Assembly: GCA_030427965.1 (NCBI GenBank)
Contig: JAUICD010000006.1
Coordinates: forward strand, 6,769-70,768
Length of the DNA stretch: 64,000 nucleotides
From: Bdellovibrionia bacterium
Lineage (GTDB): Bacteria; Bdellovibrionota; Bdellovibrionia; Bdellovibrionales; JAUICD01
Reading direction: 5' to 3'
The notes below the pieces were generated by a model. The model did not search any database and was not told where the DNA came from. It saw nothing but the letters and a program-made list of their open reading frames with translations. Shown here one piece after another: positions 49,108 to 57,362 of the stretch (positions are counted from its first letter, which is position 1; each line of letters begins with the position of its first letter). A program made the translations under genes and the position numbers.

Positions 49108-51306
49108 ATGGTGAAGCTCTTGAAATACTCCGCGATGGCTCTAGTTGCTTTGATTTTATTGGCATTGATTTCCACCTATAGGTTGAGAAAGCCAGATGTG
49201 AGAAGAGTTGAAAACCCTCTTTCCCATAATTTCAAAGAGACAGACTGTTCAAAAGAAATGATCAATGGGGAAATACCGAAAGTGAAATCTTCCACTGAAA
49301 TGGAATCCTACTACTGCTGGGGATTTTTACATGGAAATATGCGTGGGTGGCAGTCAGATTATCTTCGCCGTCTTGTTCAAGGAAGAGCTTCTGAGGTTTT
49401 GGGAACATCTCACTTTAAAGCGGATGTACTCTTTCAAATTTTAGAACTTGAGGCACTTTCAAGGCGATTGTTTTTAGACCTTGATCCCTTTAATCAACAA
49501 AAACTTTGGGCGTACTCTGCGGGAATGACAAAGGCTTTGAGTAAGAATGAAGGGAAAGGGTTTACGTATTTTGATTACCGCCCAGATGAGTGGCACCCTA
49601 TAGACAGTTTGTCGATTGTTATGCTGATGTCATTTGCTCAGACACGTAAAACCTTTGAGCAAGAAATTATTGAATCTCAACTTCTAGATAAGCATAAAGA
49701 AAATATAAAGAGTGTTTTAGAAGATGATGGCCTTCCATGGGAAACAACAATTTTAAAAAGAGAGGAAGTCAAAGCTTCCAAAAGAGATGAGATCGCACAA
49801 ATTGGTGAATCTTTTGATAAGGCATATGACTTCTTTGAACCTCTAGGTCGTTTAGGGATAGGGAGCAACAATTGGGTTTTGTCTCCAAAACGATCTAAGG
49901 CTAAAAATGCATGGCTAGCAAATGATCCACATTTGAATTTGCAACGTCCTTCATTTTTCTTTTGGCAAGTTTTAAAAAACAAAGATTGGACACTTTTTGG
50001 AGGATCTTTGCCGGGTATACCAGTGGTTATTTCGGGGCTCAATCAAGACATTGCTTGGGGGGTTACAAACTCTTATATGGATGTTGCCGAGGCCGCTTTT
50101 ATTGATGAGAATGAAATTCACCAGTCATTTAATGAAATTACTCCAAAAGTGTTAGTTAAAACGAATCTTGGCTTTTTTGATATAAATTTATGGTTCAAAT
50201 CTACAAAACGCGTTGGTCAAATTCGTGTTTTACCAGTGGATGCTCCTGCTGGAAAAGTTATGGCACTGAAATGGTCTGGTTACGATATAGATGGTCGCGC
50301 AATGGATCCGATATTTGAAGTGCCTCGACTACAGAGAGTAAGGGATGCGCAAGTTTTATTTCAAAATGTGGAAGTGCCAGCGTGGAATTTTGTTTTTGCT
50401 GATACAGATGGGAAAATTGGATATCAATCAACAGGCCTTATACCAAAATACACCAAACCAAGAGTTTACGGTGTTCAAAATATGAGCTTAGAAGATTTTA
50501 AAAATACAAATTACTTACGTAAATATGAGCGGCCCTCTCTTGTTGAGCCTAGTCGTGGTTATATTGCAACTGCAAACAATCGACATTGGCCAGAGGGGAG
50601 TTCATTTCATGGAGGACGTGGTTATTACCACCCCTTTCGAGCATTTCGAATTGAAGAATTGATAAATGAGAAACCCAAGCATGACTTAAAAACTTTAAAA
50701 CGCATACAGTGTGACAATCAAGCTGTCGATGCCAGGTTCTTGGTGCCTCTGATTGTGAAACAGGTGAATCATCCGTTTGTTGAAAGATTAAAAACTTGGG
50801 ATTTCAACTCAAACTTGGATTGTGAAGTATGTGCAACTTACAGATTATGGATGGAGGCTATAAAGAAAGAGTGGATGCAGTCTGAAGCAGGGCTTTATCG
50901 CTGGTTGCAAAAGGGGCTCACGGCCGAAGAAAGTGAAAAATGGCAAAGTGCACTTAGTGATATAGTTGAGAAAATTAGAAACGATGGACTTATTCCATGG
51001 CGGGAGTATCATCAGACGAATTTTCCACATGTTTCAAAGGATGAAACATTTAAAATGGATCGAATTTCAACTCCAGGTGACCTCTACTCCGTCAATCCAG
51101 GAACGGGGATAATAGAGAACAACTATATCCGTCATGATATCAGTGCAGCTCATCGAATCGTTGTTGAGCTTTCCTCTCCCCCTAAAGTTTGGGGTGTTTT
51201 AGTTGGAGAAAATGAAGAATTTTCTCAAAAATCACTCAATTCATTTGATGGCAATTATATGAGATGGGTGAACTGTGAACTCAGAGAGATTCCTATTTTT
51301 GACTGA
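49108..51306 (+). CDS. penicillin acylase family Ntn-hydrolase (possible acyl-homoserine-lactone/beta-lactam acylase)
   Basis: Signal/anchor MVKLLKYSAMALVALILLALIS. Candidate beta-subunit N-terminal nucleophile in GIGSNNWVLSP, plus LANDPHL, ATANNR and NFPH motifs. The track start 49021 is a non-ATG extension. Confidence 0.8.
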   Translation: MVKLLKYSAMALVALILLALISTYRLRKPDVRRVENPLSHNFKETDCSKEMINGEIPKVKSSTEMESYYCWGFLHGNMRGWQSDYLRRLVQGRASEVLGTSHFKADVLFQILELEALSRRLFLDLDPFNQQKLWAYSAGMTKALSKNEGKGFTYFDYRPDEWHPIDSLSIVMLMSFAQTRKTFEQEIIESQLLDKHKENIKSVLEDDGLPWETTILKREEVKASKRDEIAQIGESFDKAYDFFEPLGRLGIGSNNWVLSPKRSKAKNAWLANDPHLNLQRPSFFFWQVLKNKDWTLFGGSLPGIPVVISGLNQDIAWGVTNSYMDVAEAAFIDENEIHQSFNEITPKVLVKTNLGFFDINLWFKSTKRVGQIRVLPVDAPAGKVMALKWSGYDIDGRAMDPIFEVPRLQRVRDAQVLFQNVEVPAWNFVFADTDGKIGYQSTGLIPKYTKPRVYGVQNMSLEDFKNTNYLRKYERPSLVEPSRGYIATANNRHWPEGSSFHGGRGYYHPFRAFRIEELINEKPKHDLKTLKRIQCDNQAVDARFLVPLIVKQVNHPFVERLKTWDFNSNLDCEVCATYRLWMEAIKKEWMQSEAGLYRWLQKGLTAEESEKWQSALSDIVEKIRNDGLIPWREYHQTNFPHVSKDETFKMDRISTPGDLYSVNPGTGIIENNYIRHDISAAHRIVVELSSPPKVWGVLVGENEEFSQKSLNSFDGNYMRWVNCELREIPIFD

Positions 51307-51348
51307 TGTTCGTTGACTCAACCTCTGATTCAGACGAGACATTAGAGT

Positions 51349-51846
51349 ATGACTCAGGAAAATATCGTACATTCCACTGTTGGAGCTGGTGCCCTTTTGA
51401 TTGTTCAAGAGCATGTTCTACTTGTACAGATGAACTATGGAAAATTTAAGGGGGATTGGATTTTACCAGGTGGAATGCTCGAAGGGGATGAGTTTCCAAG
51501 TGAGGCAGCAAAGCGAGAGACTTTTGAAGAAACGGGAGTAAGTGTCAAGATTGAAGATCTTTTGTTTACGCGGTTTCGTAAGAGTCGTACAAACATTTAC
51601 TTTGTATTTCGAGCCACTTTTGAAGGCAATCAAGAAATTGAGCAGGTCCAATTGAGTTTTCCTAAAGAAGAATTGCTAGATGCTCGGTTTTGGAAAATTG
51701 AAGATGCCCTTAAAGATTCCAGTGTTCGTCCTTATACTCGTTTTTATATAAAACGGGGCTTAGAGATGCGTACAGGCTTTCAGTGTATTGATACAAGAGA
51801 GCTGATCGATGGGGGAGATGAATTGTTTGGAGCTGAGGGGAAATGA
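51349..51846 (+). CDS. NUDIX hydrolase
   Basis: 165 aa. Nudix box GGMLEGDEFPSEAAKRETFEETGV. Confidence 0.85.
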   Translation: MTQENIVHSTVGAGALLIVQEHVLLVQMNYGKFKGDWILPGGMLEGDEFPSEAAKRETFEETGVSVKIEDLLFTRFRKSRTNIYFVFRATFEGNQEIEQVQLSFPKEELLDARFWKIEDALKDSSVRPYTRFYIKRGLEMRTGFQCIDTRELIDGGDELFGAEGK

Positions 51847-53687
51847 TGGAGAAGAATTTTTGGTCGCTATTTTGGACGCAGTTCTTTGGTGCATTAAACG
51901 ACAACTACATTAAAAATGCACTTGTCATTCTCATAACCTTTCGTAACGCTCAAGTGCTTGGACTTGATGCAGCTTCGATTGTTGCGCTTTCAGGGGGGAT
52001 CTTCATTCTTCCTTTCTTTTTGTTTTCAGCAACAGCTGGGCAACTTGCAGATAAATACGAGAAAACTCAACTGATCAAATATATTAAGATTGCAGAAATT
52101 GTGATTATGGCAGTGGCTGCTATAGGGTTTATTCTCAATAGTTGGGGATTTTTATTGATCACGCTCTTTTTGATGGGTTTGCAGTCAAGTTTTTTTGGAC
52201 CGATTAAATATGGAATTATTCCCAACCTCGTAAGTCGACAGGAACTGACTCGAGGAAACGCCTATGTGGAAATGGGGACATTTCTTGCAATACTTATTGG
52301 AACGATCTTGGGAGGACTTTCCGCGGCTTCGTCTTCTGCTACAGCACTTGTTATCGTTGGGATTTTAGGTTTTGCCATTGTGGGATTTGTGACAAGTCTT
52401 TTTCTAGATAAGGTCCCGGTGGGTGATGCAAACATTCGGGTGGAATTCAATCCAGTGACACCAACTGTTCGAATCTTGAAATACGCGCTTCTAAATCGTT
52501 CTATTTTTAATTCAATATTGGGGATATCGTGGTTTTGGTTTTTGGGAGCCATCATACTGAGTATTTTACCAACTTATGTGAAAAGCTTCTTGGGAGGTGA
52601 TGAAACAGTCGTTACGACTTTGCTTGCAATGTTCACCGTAGGAATTGGTGTCGGCTCTGTTCTCTGTGAAAAACTCTCATTTGAAAGAGTTGAGATTGGC
52701 TTAGTGCCAATTGGTTCTCTTGGTATGTCGCTATTTCTTGCAGATCTTTATTTTTTAAGCCCCACATGGAGTACGGAGTTACTTCTACCTATAAATGAAA
52801 TGTTAAAGCATGGGGTCTTTCTCAGGTTACTTGTGGATTTTTTAGGGTTTTCTATATTTGGTGGATTCTTTATTGTCCCACTCTATGCTTTGGTTCAAGA
52901 GAGAAGTCCTGCAGATAAGATATCTCGAATTATTGCCGCCAATAATATTGTGAATGCATTTATGATGGTAATTGCAGCTGGACTTTTAATGGGAATGTAC
53001 CAAATAGGACTAACTTTTCCTCAAATTTTATTAAGTGTTGCTGTCGTCAACCTTTTGGTTGCGGTGTACATTTATACGATTGTGCCTGAGTTTGCGTTGA
53101 GATTTATCTCATGGATGCTTGTCAATGTTATCTATCGATTGAAAATCCAAGGACTAGAAAACATTCCTCGTGAAGGTCCTGTAATTCTGGCCTGTAATCA
53201 TGTTACATACATTGACTGGCTAATTGTTGCAGGAGCATGCAAGCGACCTCCAAGGTTTGTGATGTATTATAAATTTGGAAATATTCCGATTATCAAAAAA
53301 ATGATGAAGCAGGCGAAGGTGATTTTGATTGCAGGGAAAAATGAAGATCCTAAAATTCTAAATCGTGCATATGAGAAGATTTCCAATGAATTGAAGAATG
53401 GAGAAGTGATTTGTCTTTTCCCGGAGGGGGAACTCACACATAATGGAGAAATGGGAGCATTTCGACCAGGGATTGAAAGAATCTTAGAGCGAGACCCAGT
53501 GCCAGTTGTTCCGATAACTCTAAACGGTTTGTGGGGAAGTTTTTTTTCAAGAAAAGGTGGCGTCCCCTTTACAAAAGTTCCTAAAAGGTTTTGGTCTCGG
53601 GTGAGTCTTGTGATTGGAAGACCTGTTGCTCCTGAGAGTGCCACAGCTGAGTCACTAGAGAAGTTAGTGAAGAGTCAGTTGGATTGA
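51843..53687 (+). CDS. MFS lysophospholipid transporter (LplT-like) fused to a PlsC-type acyltransferase
   Basis: 614 aa. About 12 TM segments make up an MFS N-terminal part. The C-terminal domain has HX4D (CNHVTYIDW) and FPEGELT motifs. ATGA overlap with the NUDIX gene. Confidence 0.75.
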   Translation: MMEKNFWSLFWTQFFGALNDNYIKNALVILITFRNAQVLGLDAASIVALSGGIFILPFFLFSATAGQLADKYEKTQLIKYIKIAEIVIMAVAAIGFILNSWGFLLITLFLMGLQSSFFGPIKYGIIPNLVSRQELTRGNAYVEMGTFLAILIGTILGGLSAASSSATALVIVGILGFAIVGFVTSLFLDKVPVGDANIRVEFNPVTPTVRILKYALLNRSIFNSILGISWFWFLGAIILSILPTYVKSFLGGDETVVTTLLAMFTVGIGVGSVLCEKLSFERVEIGLVPIGSLGMSLFLADLYFLSPTWSTELLLPINEMLKHGVFLRLLVDFLGFSIFGGFFIVPLYALVQERSPADKISRIIAANNIVNAFMMVIAAGLLMGMYQIGLTFPQILLSVAVVNLLVAVYIYTIVPEFALRFISWMLVNVIYRLKIQGLENIPREGPVILACNHVTYIDWLIVAGACKRPPRFVMYYKFGNIPIIKKMMKQAKVILIAGKNEDPKILNRAYEKISNELKNGEVICLFPEGELTHNGEMGAFRPGIERILERDPVPVVPITLNGLWGSFFSRKGGVPFTKVPKRFWSRVSLVIGRPVAPESATAESLEKLVKSQLD

Positions 53688-54616
53688 TCAGATGCTTTAT
53701 TTAAAATTTCAAGAAGTTCTTCATTGTCATGCTTTCTTGAAACTGTAATGGTTCCAATGAATTTTCCGGTTTTATCCTTGAGAGCAGAGGAGACAAGCTC
53801 AACCTTTATGGTTTCTCCTTTACTTGTTTTCATAGTCGTGTATATAGGGCGATGAAACCCATCTTGTATAACTCTTTTCAAACCTTCTTGTGCGTTCTGA
53901 TGATGGACGGGGTCATAGAGTTTTAAAAAGCTTTCTCCAATCAAATCTCCATTTGAGTAGCCAAGAATCTGATGGAGTCTATTGTTGGCCATGATGATAT
54001 TCCCCTTTTCATCAATGGAATGCATCATGCTTGGGGTTTCCATAAAAAGAGTTTCATATTTTTGAACAAGGTCACGAAGTCCTTCATTTTGATCTTCTAG
54101 TTTGCTGAGTTTCTCCATGTACTCTTTGACTTTGCTTGTAAGAGCCCTTGATTCAGTGCGATCTCCAACAAGGTATCTAAGTAGATCTTTGGGGCTTAGA
54201 ATTCCCACAATCTCTCCAAACTCAGATTCGACCATGACCCGATTGGATTGTGACTGAACCATTGCCTTAAAGACTTCTTGTATTTGAGCATTCTCTTTGA
54301 CCCAAGTTATTGGAAGGAGTGATTCCTCATAATCTTTGAGCATTTCGTCTCCAAGACCTCTGGAACGAGATGCGAGAACCATTTTGACCAAGATTATGTC
54401 AGAAAGCAGCCCAAGTACTTTTCCTGATTTCTTAGAAACTGGTGCTGATGTAATGCCAGCTTCAATAAAGAGGTTTAATGCATTTTCAATCAGCATCTCG
54501 TCTGAAAGGATTGTTGGATCCTTAGTCATCATCTCATCAGCTGTACAAAAGGAACTCATTTCACCCCGCTCAATAAATATCCATTTAAAGGATTGTTGTA
54601 GTTTCTCTCGTGACAA
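53675..54616 (-). CDS. CBS-pair plus PAS domain protein (no output domain)
   Basis: 313 aa. Two CBS-like repeats (MTKDPTILSDE...APVS...GKVLGLLSDIILV and ...NRVMVESEFGEIVGILSPKDLLRYL), a coiled-coil linker, then PAS (PSMMHSIDEKGNIIMANNRLHQILGYS..DLIGESF). TTG start; ATG 54559 is an alternative. Confidence 0.6.
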   Translation of the reverse strand: MSREKLQQSFKWIFIERGEMSSFCTADEMMTKDPTILSDEMLIENALNLFIEAGITSAPVSKKSGKVLGLLSDIILVKMVLASRSRGLGDEMLKDYEESLLPITWVKENAQIQEVFKAMVQSQSNRVMVESEFGEIVGILSPKDLLRYLVGDRTESRALTSKVKEYMEKLSKLEDQNEGLRDLVQKYETLFMETPSMMHSIDEKGNIIMANNRLHQILGYSNGDLIGESFLKLYDPVHHQNAQEGLKRVIQDGFHRPIYTTMKTSKGETIKVELVSSALKDKTGKFIGTITVSRKHDNEELLEILNKASDQSN

Positions 54617-54753
54617 AGATGAAACGAAAACAACCTCATTTAGATTAAATGGTGTGAGGGGAATTGGAAACTCACGAGATTTGTCCTATAAAACTCTGGA
54701 CTTCTGTCGGTGAGATAAAGTCTTGAAATCATTTGCGTGAAGGTTATTGATCT

Positions 54754-55200
54754 TTGTTGTGTAATGGATCTATGAAAAGCGTTGTTTGGACAATATTTAG
54801 GCAATCATCAGGTATTCTTCTGAGTTTTTTAGCTCTCAGTATGATTGCCAGAAACATTGGTCCAAGTTTACAGGGGCAGTACTCCCTTTTGGTCATTCTT
54901 CCTCAGACACTTTTTAGTCTATTCAGCTTTGGGACGATTTCAGCACTTGTCTATTTTTATAACGTGGAGAGCAAAGAATATCGGCAGAGTGTCATAACCC
55001 ATCTCACTGTCTTCAATCTATTTCTGGTTTTGGCATATGTGACTCTCCCTCTCTACAAAAATAAATTTTTTGAAGGGATTCCAGAGTCTTTGATTGTGAC
55101 AAGTCTTCTATTATTCCCTGTGATTTTTCTTAATTTTTTTCTGCAAGGCGTTCAGCAAGCCAAACAGAAGTGGTTTTTTTTGAGCTCTGATTTATTGTGA
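54754..55200 (+). pseudogene. possible remnant of a Wzx/MOP-type flippase gene (N-terminal ~140 codons only)
   Basis: 148-aa ORF with 4 hydrophobic segments. Its start (SVVWTIFRQSSGILLSFLALSMIARNIGPSLQGQYSLL) resembles the N-terminus of oligosaccharide flippases, which are normally >400 aa. It ends just after a T8 run, 55 nt before the next gene. It could instead be a genuine small membrane protein. Confidence 0.3.
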
Positions 55201-55254
55201 CCTAAAGGTGATCAGGGTTTGCAAGAGTTCTGACCTTCAGCTAAAACATCGCAC

Positions 55255-56535
55255 ATGCTCGCCATTCCAAATGTGATTAGTTTTGTACTACTACTTTTTG
55301 CTGTTTATTTTGCGCGAAAGAGAAATATTCGTGCTCACAAGTTCATGGTCTTTTTGACCATGATAACTTCCTTTGTTCTTGTTTACATGTTTGCGGAAAT
55401 GAGGCTTCAGGGAGGTTCGCTTGTCGATAAAGAACGACTTGCGAGTTTTTCAATCTGGTTTAAGTTTTTTTTGGGTTCTCACATTCTTGCGGCAACGGTG
55501 ACTTTTTTGATTTCAATCATAGTTGTTACTCTTGGTTTGTGCCAGAATAGAAAAGTTTGGCACAAAAGAGTCGCCTATCTACTTGTTCCAATTTGGGCTT
55601 ACTCTGCAATATCAGGTGTTGCAGTCTATGTTATGGTGGGAAGTCCTGATGAATCTCCGACGGTTTTAGAAAGCCTTGTTTCGCCTCGTGATCTAGGTGA
55701 ATTTGAACTTCAGTCAAACAGTCGCGGGAGTTTTACTCATGAAAACCTCAAAGGGAAATGGTCTTTGCTCACATTTGGCTACACGTTCTGCCCAGATATT
55801 TGTCCAATGACTCTTTCAGATCTCAATCAAGTGACAAGAGGGATTCAAGAGTCGTTGCAGGTTCTTTTTATCACAGCAGATCCAAAACGAGATAAGGCCG
55901 ATCTTCTTGAAAAGTACGTTCGGCAATTCAATTCCGAATTTATGGATTTGAGAAGTGAGAGTTCTGTTGAGGAAATTTTAAGTCATAGACTTGGTGCTAA
56001 GATTGTTTTGGAGGAGAACTTTAAAAGTGAACATTACTCTGTCTTTCATCCGACGGGTGTTTATCTGATTGCTCCTGATGGAAAGGTGTTGGGGTTTTAT
56101 AGACATCCAATAGATGTTAAAAAAACACGAGATGATTTAAAGCATATTATTGCAGAGTATGGAAAACATTTTGAAGTCAGAGATTTGAAAGTGATAGAAC
56201 CAATAAAAGGTGCGAGTGTTACCGCAGCATATGCAAATTTTTACAATAATTCACAATTTCCGATGCAGATAGTTGAGATTAGAAGTCCGAGTTTTAAAAG
56301 TGTCGAAATGCATAATACTGTTGAGCGTGATGGGACTATAGGAATGACAAAACAGCCCATTTTAAACATTCCACCAATGTCTTCTGTGACATTTAGCCCC
56401 GGGGGGCTGCACTTGATGCTCTTTGAACCTCTGAATTTGATTAAAATTAAGAATAAAGTCGAATTTCAGTTCTTAACTGGGGATGGGTTTCTTTTTCACT
56501 CGACTGCGACAGTCATCGATCGCACCGACCTTTGA
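55255..56535 (+). CDS. triple-domain copper/oxidase-assembly protein: DUF420 (CtaM-like) membrane domain + Sco1/SenC thioredoxin-like domain + PCu(A)C copper chaperone domain
   Basis: 426 aa. The N-terminal 4-TM part has DUF420-like spacing (RAHKFMV..., GSHILAA..., WHKRVAYLLVPIWAYSAISGVAVYVMV). The middle has the Sco motif FGYTFCPDICP and HPTGVYLIAPDG. The C-terminal has PCuAC-type VEMHNTVERDGTIGMTKQ ... GGLHLMLF (H..M ... HxM). Confidence 0.7.
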   Translation: MLAIPNVISFVLLLFAVYFARKRNIRAHKFMVFLTMITSFVLVYMFAEMRLQGGSLVDKERLASFSIWFKFFLGSHILAATVTFLISIIVVTLGLCQNRKVWHKRVAYLLVPIWAYSAISGVAVYVMVGSPDESPTVLESLVSPRDLGEFELQSNSRGSFTHENLKGKWSLLTFGYTFCPDICPMTLSDLNQVTRGIQESLQVLFITADPKRDKADLLEKYVRQFNSEFMDLRSESSVEEILSHRLGAKIVLEENFKSEHYSVFHPTGVYLIAPDGKVLGFYRHPIDVKKTRDDLKHIIAEYGKHFEVRDLKVIEPIKGASVTAAYANFYNNSQFPMQIVEIRSPSFKSVEMHNTVERDGTIGMTKQPILNIPPMSSVTFSPGGLHLMLFEPLNLIKIKNKVEFQFLTGDGFLFHSTATVIDRTDL

Positions 56536-56643
56536 CATCTTCTTAAAATATTTCTTACCGATAGATCAAACAAGAGATTCACTTTACTTGAATCATCTGT
56601 AAGTATTGGGCATACCTATTTTTGATATCAAGTTGGAGGTGCC

Positions 56644-56790
56644 ATGAGTGATGGTCGAAAACCTTTTCTACAGAAGTTGTTAGAAAGTCCCTTTTTACTT
56701 CTTTTGGCAGGAATACTAGTTATGTTCGTTTTTTACACAGGTTGGGGGATTTTTGAGATGCTCTCACTACCCCAAGCAACATTGCCATAG
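56644..56790 (+). CDS. unannotated 48-aa single-TM peptide (candidate small oxidase subunit, ba3 subunit IIa-like position)
   Basis: Below the ORF-track length cut-off. The ATG is preceded by GGAGG (5 nt). Translation is MSDGRKPFLQKLLESPFLLLLAGILVMFVFYTGWGIFEMLSLPQATLP. Its stop lies 14 nt before the subunit II start. Confidence 0.5.
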   Translation: MSDGRKPFLQKLLESPFLLLLAGILVMFVFYTGWGIFEMLSLPQATLP

Positions 56791-56804
56791 CGAGGGAGAG
56801 TGAT

Positions 56805-57362
56805 ATGAAAGAAGATTTGCACTCAAGTTTAGTATCGCCAAAGGGCAATTGGTGGCTTCCGATTGGTAAGCAAGAGAAGAAGTGGGTCACGATTGCTTTT
56901 GTTTGGTGTATGATTTTATTTTTTATGATGCCATTTTGGCATATCAAAGGTGGACAAAACCCATCTGGGATTCGATCAAAAGTAGAAGCTTCTGCTTTCC
57001 AAGCTCGAGTTGATCAGTTTATTCAAGACTATCAAGTCGGTGAAGAAAAGGGGATTCCAGTTGTTGCTCCTCCAGCAGGTAGTCATATTTATATGGCGGG
57101 CCGAATGTGGAGTTGGTATCCGGTTTTGAAACTTCAAAAAGGAGCGGAGTACACGCTTCACCTTTCTTCTCTTGATGTGAATCACGGGTTTAGTTTGCAC
57201 CCCGTGAATGTCAACTTTCAAGTCGTACCGGGGTATGATTACGGTTTAAAAATTGTACCTAATACAACTGGTGACTTTAAAATTCTCTGCAATGAGTTTT
57301 GCGGTGTTGGCCATCACTTAATGGTGGGTAAGGTTATTGTTGAGGAGGCTGCAGATGAGTAG
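56805..57362 (+). CDS. heme-copper oxidase subunit II (single TM + CuA cupredoxin domain, no cytochrome c domain)
   Basis: 185 aa with one TM (WVTIAFVWCMILFFMMPFW). CuA ligand set DVNHGFS ... CNEFCGVGHHLM (H, CxxxCxxxHxxM). GGGAGAG upstream of the ATG. Confidence 0.85.
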   Translation: MKEDLHSSLVSPKGNWWLPIGKQEKKWVTIAFVWCMILFFMMPFWHIKGGQNPSGIRSKVEASAFQARVDQFIQDYQVGEEKGIPVVAPPAGSHIYMAGRMWSWYPVLKLQKGAEYTLHLSSLDVNHGFSLHPVNVNFQVVPGYDYGLKIVPNTTGDFKILCNEFCGVGHHLMVGKVIVEEAADE

